Assembly: GCA_964658305.1 (NCBI GenBank)
Contig: OZ210885.1
Span: forward strand, 8,246,001-8,310,000
Reading direction: 5' to 3'
DNA length: 64,000 nt
Origin: Leptogorgia sarmentosa
Lineage: Eukaryota
Within the stretch, counting starts at the first letter, position 1. Each line of letters begins with the position of its first letter. Under the pieces are notes generated by a model. It did not search any database. It saw nothing but the letters and a program-made list of their open reading frames with translations, and was not told the DNA's origin. The translations under genes were made by a program, and so were the position numbers. Positions 36,467 to 45,743 of this stretch are shown here, piece after piece.

Positions 36467-36715
36467 CAATCATATTCATAAGTAGTTGGGACACCAATGG
36501 TCTTAGGACATCAGTGGTATTGTGCGAATAATTAAAAGCCATAATAACACCCCTCCCCCACCCCATTCAATATTGTTTTTCCAATACATACATGATTGTA
36601 CGTAAAAACCAAGTGGCAACTATAACACAACATTGCATTGGGGGCAAGGGGGATTAACGATTCAGAAAATGATGCGTATTTGTGGAATCTGTCCCAACAC
36701 ATCTAAAAGTGATTG
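36467..36715. mobile_element. Tc1/mariner-type MITE
   Basis: TA|CAATCA...GTTGGGACA and TGTCCCAAC...TGATTG|TA; TA TSD. Confidence 0.7.
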
Positions 36716-36803
36716 TACGTCCCACGCGGTCACCTCAGAGTGTAGGTCAGTTGGAGATGTGAATGTTTAGTTCAACAACGCGAAACTTGTTGGTTGTAGC
36801 AAC

Positions 36804-36885
36804 GTAGTCGTGGCCGAGCGGTTAAGGTGACAGACTAGAAATCTGTTGGGAGTTTCCCGCGCAGGTTCAAATTCTGCCAACTACG
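36804..36885 (+). tRNA. tRNA-Ser(AGA)
   Basis: ACAGA-CTAGAAA-TCTGT; a few mismatches. Confidence 0.75.
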
Positions 36886-37178
36886 TTATGCAACGTCTTC
36901 AACATTTTGGCCTCGAATGTAAACACGATTTTTTGGTGAAAAAACTCTAGGAGAGGAAGTTCTGTTCTCGGTGGTGGTGGCTGATTGTATAAAGCACAGA
37001 TTCAAGGTCCACGTTTTCCATCCACAAAATCAACGGAAAGAAGTCGCGTTTTTTATTGAATTAAGCTTAATATGAAACATGCCAAGAAAGATTTTGTATT
37101 TGAAAGAACAGAGGTCCGTGAATTGATGATAGCTGCGTTTGAAAGTATATGTAGGTAATTAACCTAGTCGAGTACGCA

Positions 37179-37250
37179 GGGAGTGTAGCTCAGTGGTAGA
37201 GCATTCGACTGCAGATCGAGAGGTCGGTGGTTCAAACCCGCCCACTCCTT
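37179..37250 (+). tRNA. tRNA-Cys(GCA)
   Basis: Intact, followed by T run. Confidence 0.9.
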
Positions 37251-37461
37251 TTTATCTTAGCTATAAACTGGAAAACTTTCAAATTCAATAAAGGGGCCTG
37301 AAGGGAAATATACCACCCACATACTAAGATTCGTGTTAAATATATCCACTAATACTTGAAAACGATTAGTCCTGCTGTTAATTACTAAAATATTTTGTTG
37401 GATTTTACTGCAAGATTGAAGATTTATTCATTTCGAAGTGCAAGCCAATACTAATGCCAAT

Positions 37462-37551
37462 GTAGTCGTGGCCGAGTGGCCGAGTGGTTAAGGCGACAGA
37501 CTTGAAATCTCTTTGGAAATTCCCGCGCTGGTTCAAATCCTGCCGACTACG
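37462..37551 (+). pseudogene. tRNA-Ser(TGA) with an 8-bp duplication in the A box
   Basis: GGCCGAGT GGCCGAGT (37470-37485) plus stem mismatches. Confidence 0.8.
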
Positions 37552-37652
37552 GAAAGGCAAATTTTCAATATTTTTTCTAGAATGTAGCTATTTGGCAAAA
37601 GGAAGAGGAAGGAACGTGAAACAATTGGGAAACATTGTCACGATCGTGTTAA

Positions 37653-37724
37653 GGTTCTGTGGTGTAGTGGTTAGCACTTTGGACTTTGAATCCAGCGATA
37701 CGAGTTCAAGTATCGGCAGAGCCT
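37653..37724 (+). tRNA. tRNA-Gln(TTG)
   Basis: Full length; T-stem mismatches. Confidence 0.72.
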
Positions 37725-37991
37725 ATTTTAGACATTACATTTGATTTAATTTTTTACAATGCAGCGAATTGTATTACCTTTCTCTTCCACCATTCATTTG
37801 GCAATTCAGAGTTAATTGAAACAAATTGATCCAAGAACAAAATTAATGTGAAGGTGAACTTGATAATTTAATTACTAAAGGAATACTCGTATTAGACTCT
37901 CGTCAGTTCTCGAAAGAAAATCAGAACGGGATGTGGCACGTTGAAAGTAGCAAAGAATAAATGTGGTAGGAAATTCCATGTTTTCATGTGT

Positions 37992-38115
37992 GTCAGTATG
38001 GCTGAGCGGTCTAAGGCGCCAGACTCAAGTGCAAAAACTTGTCACGATCAACCTTGACATAATAGGGCGTTCTGGTCCACACATGTGGTCGTGGGTTCGA
38101 ATCCCGCTCCTGACA
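37992..38115 (+). tRNA. Intron-containing tRNA-Leu(CAA); 40-nt intron 38030-38069
   Basis: CCAGA-CTCAAG-[TGCAAAAAC...ATAGGGCG]-T-TCTGG; a few substitutions. Confidence 0.8.
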
Positions 38116-38237
38116 ACAAATTTACAAAATTATTGAGAACATTTCTTTTCAGAGCTGGTCTATTTACACAAATTCGATATCACCAAGAAATGTTTCTGGT
38201 TTTTACTGAAAAATTCCAATGAAAAAATTCATATGTA

Positions 38238-38310
38238 TGTTTCCGCCCAGGTTCGAACTGAGGACCTTGCACGTGTTAAGCGCATGTGATAATCACTACA
38301 CTACGGAAAC
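38238..38310 (-). tRNA. tRNA-Val(AAC)
   Basis: GTTTCCGTAGTGTAGTG...TTAACAC...CGGAAACA. Confidence 0.75.
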
Positions 38311-38424
38311 TGACATATGCGCGGAGATATAGAAATAGATGTATTCACTTTAATGAATTTTTTTCGTTTTTTATTGAAAAATTCCAATGAAAAAAATATC
38401 TGCAGTTAAAAAAGCTCATTTGTA

Positions 38425-38497
38425 TGTTTCCGCTCAGGTTCGAACTGAGGACCTTGCGCGTGTTAAGCGCATGTGATAACCAATACACTACGGAAAC
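38425..38497 (-). tRNA. tRNA-Val(AAC)
   Basis: Full length. Confidence 0.8.
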
Positions 38498-38953
38498 GAA
38501 TTGGAAGAAAATTACGAGACAAAGTTTCGGAGATGTGAATCGATGCAACAAAAAATATGAAGCAAGTTAAAGGCCATGCAGGTCCAAGCCAGATTTAAAC
38601 TGGGGTCCTTCCAGTGTGAGACGCATGCAGTGACCAGTGCCCTACACGAAATGTATAGCAATCCCTCAATTTCACCGTCGAAAACGCTAACAAGATAATA
38701 CAAAAATAACATAAACACATGCAGAACTTCCGGTGACCATTCGAATTTCCCAATGGCATTAAAATCGTTCGATTGTAACTGAGAATCGTTTGATTTTAAC
38801 TGGGATTATAGAAAAAATTATAATAAAATAATGTGTACCTCTTTCACGTATTTGGGTCAGGTAAATTCTCAAGGGAAGGAATTAGAACGAGGAGTGGCAT
38901 GTTGAAGGTATCAAAGAATTAAATGTGGTAGGAAATTTCGTGTTTTCATGCGT

Positions 38954-39077
38954 GTCAGGATGGCCGAGCGGTCTAAGGCGCCAGACTTAAGTGCAAAAAC
39001 TTGTCACGATCAACCTTGACATAATAGGGCGTTCTGGTCCACACATGTGGTCGTGGGTTCGAATCCCACTCCTGACA
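38954..39077 (+). tRNA. Intron-containing tRNA-Leu with TAA anticodon
   Basis: Same body and 40-nt intron as the Leu(CAA) copies, but anticodon TAA at 38988-38990; stems intact. Confidence 0.85.
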
Positions 39078-39221
39078 ACAAATTAACAAAAAAATTGAAA
39101 ACATTTCTTTTAAAAGCTGATCTATTTAAAAAAAAATCGATATCATCAAGGACATTTTTCTGGTTTTTTACTGAAAAATTCCAAAGAAAAAAACATCTCC
39201 ATTTAAAAAAGCTCATATGTA

Positions 39222-39294
39222 TGTTTCCGCCCAGGTTCGAACTGGAGACATTGCGCGTGTGTGGCGCACGTGATAGCCACTGCACTACAGAAAC
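39222..39294 (-). pseudogene. tRNA-Val(CAC), U33 lost
   Basis: Loop CA-CAC-AC; several substitutions. Confidence 0.7.
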
Positions 39295-39459
39295 GAATTG
39301 GAAGAAAATTACAAAACAGAGACAAAGTTTCGGAGATGTGAACATTTCTTTTCAGAGCTGATCGATTTACACAAATTCGATATCACGAAGAAAATGTTTC
39401 TGGTTTTTACTGAAAAATTCCAATGAAAAAAATTTCCCCATTTAAAAAAAGCTCATGTA

Positions 39460-39532
39460 TGTTTCCGCCCAGGTTCGAACTGAGGACCTTGCGCGTGTTA
39501 AGCGCATGTGATAACCACAACACTACGGAAAC
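39460..39532 (-). tRNA. tRNA-Val(AAC)
   Basis: Full length. Confidence 0.8.
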
Positions 39533-39643
39533 TGGCATATGCGCAAATATATGGAAATATATGTATTCACTTTAGTCAATTTTTCAGCTTTTTTACTGGA
39601 AATTTTAAAAAAAAGTATCTCCATTTAAATAAGCTCATTTGAA

Positions 39644-39716
39644 TGTTTCCGCCCAGGTTCGAACTGAGGACCTTGCGCGTGTTAAGCGCATGTGATAACC
39701 ATTACACTACGGAAAC
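39644..39716 (-). tRNA. tRNA-Val(AAC)
   Basis: Full length. Confidence 0.85.
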
Positions 39717-39830
39717 TGACCTATGCGCAAACATATAGAATTGGATGTATTCACTTTAATTAATTTTTTCGTTTTTTATTGGAAAATTTGCAAAGAAAAA
39801 AATAGCTGCAGTTAAAAAAGCTCATATGTA

Positions 39831-39903
39831 TGTTTCCGCCGAGGACTGAACTGGGGACCTTGCGTTTGTAAGGCGCACGTGATAACCACTACACTACGGC
39901 AGC
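39831..39903 (-). pseudogene. Degenerate tRNA-Val(TAC)
   Basis: Loop CT-TAC-AA; T arm and acceptor mutated. Confidence 0.7.
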
Positions 39904-40423
39904 GAATTGGAAGGAAATTATAAAACAGAGACAAAGTTTGGGAGATGTGAATCGATGCAACAAAAAGTATGAAGCAAGTTAAAGGCCATGTAGGTCCAAG
40001 CCAGATTTAAACTGAGGTCTTTCCAGTGTGAGACGCATGCAGTAACCATTGCACTACACAAAATGTATAGCAATCCCTCAATTTCACCGTCGAAAACGCT
40101 AACAAGATAATACAAAAATAACATGAACACAGTATTTCTGGTGACCATTTAAAGTGCAACACGGGAATCAACATAAACGCATTATTCCTATGACGATTGA
40201 AAATTTGCAATGGTATTAAAATCGTTCGATTTTAACTGCGATTGATTGAAAAAATTCCAATAAAATAATGTGTGCCTCTGTCACGTAAATTGATTTTGCT
40301 GGTCATGTTTAAAGTGTAACAATTTCCTAGAACTTACTCTGATTTATTATTTGAAGATGTTTGGTGAAAATGGTCGGCATCTTGTGGAATATGAACATTA
40401 TTATGAAAGTATTGGGCAACTTC

Positions 40424-40494
40424 GCGTTGGTGGTTCAGTGGTAGAATTCTCGCCTGCCACGCGGGAGACCGGAGTTCGATTCCCCGCTAACGCA
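40424..40494 (+). tRNA. tRNA-Gly(GCC)
   Basis: Full length, one T-stem mismatch. Confidence 0.82.
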
Positions 40495-40584
40495 GATTAT
40501 TTTCATTTTGTTGCATTTCAATTTCAACTGCAACACGAGAAACAAACTGGCTTTGTAACACAGAAATAGTCAACAAGTTATCAC

Positions 40585-40656
40585 TCCCATGTGGTCTAGT
40601 GGTTAGGATCAGGCGTTTTCACAGCCATGGCCCGGGTTCGATTCCCGGCGTGGGAA
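40585..40656 (+). tRNA. tRNA-Glu(TTC), anticodon stem mismatches
   Basis: Full length. Confidence 0.68.
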
Positions 40657-40742
40657 CTTTATCTGAAAATTTCAAACTGAAGCAGCTTGTGTTCACATTT
40701 TCATACTCGTTCACTGAAATCAAACCATTTTAACAGCGCGAC

Positions 40743-40823
40743 GACCCTGTGGCCCAATTGATAGCATGTCTGACTCCAGATCTCCAGATCAGAAGGTTAA
40801 GTGTTCAATTCACTTCAAGGTCA
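40743..40823 (+). pseudogene. tRNA-Trp(CCA) with an 8-nt duplication in the anticodon loop
   Basis: CTCCAGAT CTCCAGAT; D arm mutated. Confidence 0.8.
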
Positions 40824-40919
40824 AGGACTTCTGGCCACGCTGTCTCTCGAAATATTTTTCGAAATTCAAATTAAAAATATTATCGTTATTTTCACATTCC
40901 GAGAAAAGATAAATGTTTT

Positions 40920-40991
40920 TCCCATGTAGTCCAGTGGTCACGATCTGGCGCTCTCACCGCGAGGGCCCGGGTTCGATTACCGGCATGGGAA
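40920..40991 (+). tRNA. tRNA-Glu(CTC), mutated
   Basis: Full length with several mismatches. Confidence 0.6.
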
Positions 40992-41449
40992 TAGGGTTAG
41001 TGTTAGATGATATCGAGTTAACGTACCATGACGTCAGAATTTTATTATTAACGGAGTTTTCTCTGTAAAATGTTTTTTTTGAGGAATTTTGTGGAAAATA
41101 AAGGAGTAAAGAAATAATGGAAGAGCAGAAGAAAGAACCTATTTGTCTAATTGTCTGATAAGTTACGTTTGTAAATTCATTTTGGCCATTTCCGCGCTTG
41201 TACATGTTTATCAAAGAATGTATGAACAATCGAAACAAATTTGTCGGAAATTCGCAAATCATAAAGTTAGTTTTGAGAATGCGAAATAATTTTAAAGTGG
41301 AACTGAGAGTACCGCTTACTAGCTTGAAATATATTCCATATTATAAATCAATCAAAGACTAAATGGTAACGTTTTACAAAGAATGAAAACAAGTGCATAA
41401 TCAGTGCAGGATGGGAAAGTAATATAATTCTTCAGCAAGCTTTCGAGAA

Positions 41450-41522
41450 GCCTCATTAGCTCAGGGGTTAGAGCACTGATTTTGTAAACCAGGGGTCCAG
41501 AGTTCAAATCTCTGATGAGGCT
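41450..41522 (+). tRNA. tRNA-Thr(TGT), anticodon stem mismatch
   Basis: Full length; Thr fragments follow at ~41677-41721 (CGT, 3' half) and 41932-41984 (AGT, 5' part). Confidence 0.7.
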
Positions 41523-42028
41523 TTGTTTTCTCCGAAAACGTTGAAGGACGGGGAAGACAATCGCCCAGATTGTATTCTAGGTGCTGTTGAACTGTTCAGT
41601 GAGTTAAGACTGATGAAATAAAAAAGCTATTGGAAGAGTACTATGTTGGAAAAAAATGCTATGAAGATTTTGCACGGGTTTCGTAAACCAGCGGTCCAGA
41701 ATTCAATTCTCTGATGAGGCTGTGGCAATAAGTATCCATCGTGAATAAGAATTCATCCATTACTTTTTGTGATTGGTTACAAGGTATGCAATTAACTCTC
41801 CAGATTGTATAAGTGTGACCTGAAACAAAATTTTTCAAGTGAGTTTAATGAAAACACGTGATAATACGGGAAATTCAGTTTAATTAACTTCGTAATTGGA
41901 TTTATGTTCTGAGTTTCAACAGGAAGAAGTAGCCTCATTAGCTCAGGGGTTAGAGCACTGGTCTAGTAAACCAGCAGAGTTTGAAAATGTGAACACAAGC
42001 TGCTTCAAATGGAAATTTTCAGAAAAAA

Positions 42029-42100
42029 TTCCCACGCCGGGAATCGAACCCGCGCCATAGCGGTGAAAACGCCAGATCTTAACCACTAGACAACATGGGA
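42029..42100 (-). tRNA. tRNA-Glu(TTC), mutated
   Basis: Full length with mismatches; followed by a 5'-truncated Gly at 42185-42236. Confidence 0.62.
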
Positions 42101-42241
42101 GTGATAACTAGCTGACTATTCCTGTGTCACAAAGCCAGTTTGTTTCTCGTGTCGCATTTGAAATGCAACAAAATGAAAATGATCTGCGTTAGCGGGGAAT
42201 CGAACCGCGGTCTCCCGCGTGGCAGGCGAGAATTCTGTTAA

Positions 42242-42313
42242 GGTTCTGTGGTGTAATGGTTAGCACTTTAGACCTTGAATCCAGCGATTCGAGTTCAAGT
42301 CTCGGCAGAACCT
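42242..42313 (+). tRNA. tRNA-Gln(TTG), U33C variant
   Basis: Full length; loop CC-TTG-AA. Confidence 0.6.
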
Positions 42314-42809
42314 ATATTGGACAGGAGATTTAGAGGTTATTTTAAGGTCGCCAATTTTATTACCTTTCTCTTCCAACATCCTATCTTGCAATTCGGAGTT
42401 AATTGACAGAAATTGATCCATGAACAAAATGATTGCAAAAGCAAACTTGTTATTTCAATTACAAAAGGGATACACTCTGTTAAAAGCTCTTTTAACCAAT
42501 AAAATTATAAAGGAGTGAAAATCAAGAACTTAATAAAAACCAATGGAAAAACTCTTTCCATGATGAATTAGTTTTTTTTTTCATTATTCATGGATTCGAA
42601 GGTTTTCCAGCCTATCGCGAATAGCTTTACTGTGCTGGAATTACATCTTTATTAATCGTGTCAGCAAGCAAAAACGGTAAAATGAGAAAATATTAATGTT
42701 ACTTTCTTCCGTTAGGGGTAAAATTTTTTCCGTACGGACGTCCAAGCTGGTAAATAACATTTATTTATTTTTAGTTTATATTTCTTTCGGAAGGTTTTTC
42801 ATGGTGTCA

Positions 42810-42883
42810 GTCATGGTGGCGCAATCGGTTAGCGCGTTCAGCTGTTAACCGAAAGGTTGTTGGTTCGAGTCCAACCAGGGACG
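42810..42883 (+). pseudogene. tRNA-Asn(GTT) with acceptor mismatches
   Basis: 5' strand GTCATGG instead of GTCTCTG. Confidence 0.7.
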
Positions 42884-43112
42884 TGTTGGTGTGATGTTAT
42901 TCAGACGTCGTATTTCGTAACAAGGGGCGGATCCAGGCCATATCGAACGTATCAGCTGATACGGTCAGAAAAAATACAATAATAATGGATATTATTTTTT
43001 GACCTAAATCTAATTTTTGCCAATGCCACATTGAAGGGGAATACGAAAAAGAACTTCCACGGTGACAATGCACGCAATGGTGATTACAATACTTTTTGGT
43101 GTTTGAAACAGA

Positions 43113-43907
43113 TGCCGTGACCAGGATTCGAACCTGGGTTATTGCGGCCACAACTACTAGCCACTATACGATCACGGTGACTACGCTGGAAGATTGGAAA
43201 ATATTTTGGAACTGCTGAGATATTACATTAATCCCATATTTTTCTTCCTCAGTACAAAGTACATTAGAGAAAATTTTGATACCATCAATGGCTTGCTGGT
43301 CTAGTGGTATGACTCTTGCTTTGGGTGCGACAGGTCACGGGTTCGATTGCTGTCGAAATTCTGTTCTTTATTCCCGTTCAATGTGGCCTTGTCAAAAAAG
43401 TTGTCAATAGTGTCAGTCTCAGTGGCGCATTCGGCTGTTAACCGAAACGATTTACGGAAGCTTTCAAAATAGAGAAGGTCTTGCTTGGTTAATGAAGGGC
43501 TTGCACGGGAATCGAACCCGTGGCCTCTCGCACCCAAAGCTTAAAGCGAGAATCATACCACTAGACCGGCAAACCATTAATATTGATGGAAACAAATTGT
43601 TCTCTAATGTATACTTTGTACTGACGAAGAAAAATATGGGATTAATATGGATATGTGATCGTATAGTGGTTAGTACATTGCGTTGTGGCCGCAATAACCC
43701 AGGTTCGAATCCTGGTCACGGCATCTGTTTCAAACACCAGAAAGTATTGTAATCACCATTGCGGGCATTGTCACCGTTCAATGTGGCCTTGGCTAAAAAT
43801 CAGATTTTGGCCAAAAATAGTATCCACTGTTTTTATATTTTTTCCCGAAAGTTTTCCGAATAGTGTCAGCCTCTGTGGCGCAATCGGTTAGGGCGTTCGG
43901 CTGTTAA
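43113..43907. pseudogene. Group of damaged His/Pro/Asn tRNA copies
   Basis: His with internal deletion 43113-43178(-); 3'-truncated Pro 43290-43348(+); Pro with 7-nt insertion 43497-43575(-); His lacking first 3 nt 43655-43723(+); Asn 5' half 43869-43907(+). Confidence 0.78.
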
Positions 43908-44409
43908 GATTGTATGAAAAGTGTGACTTGAAACAAAATTTTTGAACAGAATTTATTTCATCAAAAACACGTGATAATAGAGGAAATTAAGTTTAATTAA
44001 CTTCGTAATTGATTTATATTCTGACTTTCATCATATCCCTCATACCAAATCTTTTAGTGTTTTCTGTATTTAAGTCTTTGTTGTCATGATTTTGCTTTTC
44101 CAAAAAAAAATATTTTGCTGATCATGTTTAAAGTGAAACAATTTCCTAGAACTTCAAACGCAGAATATTTTGATTTTGTTGCATTTCAATTTCAATTGCA
44201 ACACAAATAGAAACTCATTCTTGGCATGTTTCATATAATCTTGATACAATAAAACGGGACTTCTTTCCTTTATTTTTGTAGAGGGATATTGAATCTGTCA
44301 CTTTAAACGTTCAGCCACCACCACGAGAACAGAACTTCCTCTCATCAAGTTTTTCCCCCAAAAAAATCGTGTTTGAATTCGAGACAAAAATGTTGAAGGC
44401 TTTGCATAA

Positions 44410-44491
44410 CGTAGTCTGCAGTATTTGAACCTGCGCAGGAAACTCCCAACAGATTTCGAGTCTGTCGCCTTAACCACTCGGCCACGACCAC
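44410..44491 (-). tRNA. tRNA-Ser(CGA), mutated
   Basis: Full length; acceptor and T-arm mismatches. Confidence 0.62.
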
Positions 44492-44809
44492 GTTGCAACA
44501 ACCAAGAGGTTTCGCGTTATTCAACTTAAGGGGGTCGTATACAAAAAAACTTTTTTTGTGTTTTAATGCGATGATGTTCATTTTTTGTCGGTTTTTAGGG
44601 CATTGTACCACTAACGGAAAAAAATGTTTGTCAAAGTTACCGTTGCCATGGTTACCATGTTAATTACCCCCTGGTGGTGAAAAATTACCATATTTGTAAA
44701 CATGATATCTCAAGAAGTATGAATGATAAAAACCTAAAATAACTTTTGTTTAATAGTATAGGACGTACTGTTGGGGATGAACTAGAACTATGGTGATCGA
44801 GGGAAAATA

Positions 44810-45054
44810 TTTTTTTTTATTTTTTGTCATTTTGTGCTTTTTTGAAATTTGTTTGTTTTTTTTCAAGGTTTTTTTTTCTCAGCATTTTGTTAGGGTCAGA
44901 ATTACTGTTTGGGCCAGGATTAGAAAAACAAAAAGAAAAGACAATATTTTCTGTTTGGACTCTCATATAATATTCTCGACGATAAAGTGTGTCCAGTGAA
45001 AATATAGATCGGTGCTTGGTAACCAAGAAAAGTGATCCCAAAAAAAAATTCTGC
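44810..45054. mobile_element. Partial third copy of the GCAGAA MULE MITE, abutting a tRNA-Asn A box
   Basis: Ends AAGTGATCCCAAAAAAAAATTCTGC directly followed by TTGCGCCACAGAGGC (tRNA-Asn nt 1-15, minus strand). Confidence 0.75.
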
Positions 45055-45358
45055 TTGCGCCACAGAGGCTGATACTAGTGAAAACCTGCGGAAAAAATTA
45101 GAAAAATAATGGATCCTATTTTTTGACAAAAATCTTATTTTTGCCAAGGCCACATTGAACGGTCACGATGCCTGCAATGGTAGCTAATTACAATACCGTT
45201 TTGGTGTTTGAAACAGTTGCCGTGACCAGGATCACGGCGACTTCGCTGCAAGATTAGAAAATGTTTTGGAACGACTGCGATATTACATTAATCCCACATT
45301 TTCCAATAATCAATTCACTGTTCACTTTCCAGGCAAAAATTGTGAAGACTTTGCATAA

Positions 45359-45440
45359 CGTAGTCGGCAGGATTTGAACCTGCGTGGGAAACTCCCAACA
45401 GATTTCTAGTCTGTCGCCTCAACGGCTCGGCCACGACTAC
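45359..45440 (-). tRNA. tRNA-Ser(AGA), D-loop variant
   Basis: Full length 82 nt. Confidence 0.7.
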
Positions 45441-45743
45441 GTTGCTACAACCAACAGGTTTCGCGTTGTTAAACTAAACATTGACGTCTACAACTCACCT
45501 ACACTCTCAGCTTTATACACTGTGAATAATATGAGTAGAGTAGTGAGCAGAGTTTACCACGTGGGGACTGGGGCCAACGTTGCTTGCGAATAGAATGGAT
45601 TATTTTGGGTGTTTCTTTCTTAATAATATATAAATGAAAGCATTACTCAAAGTTGCCCAATTCTTTCGTTATAATGTTCATATTCCACAAGATGCCGAAC
45701 ATATTCACAAACACCTTCAAATAATAAATCAGAGTAAGTTAAA

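Noticed and set aside
38230..39905. Regularly spaced repeats resembling a CRISPR array
   Set aside because: Repeats are tRNA-Val genes with homologous spacers; eukaryotic context, no cas genes
33172..43907. tRNA halves as split or trans-spliced tRNAs
   Set aside because: No complementary leader or trailer sequences seen and intact paralogs are adjacent; rearrangement explains them
23421..45593. Numerous 60-110 aa ORFs in the tRNA cluster (e.g. VGGSVVEFSPATRETGVRFP)
   Set aside because: They are translations of tRNA genes and duplicated spacers, not proteins
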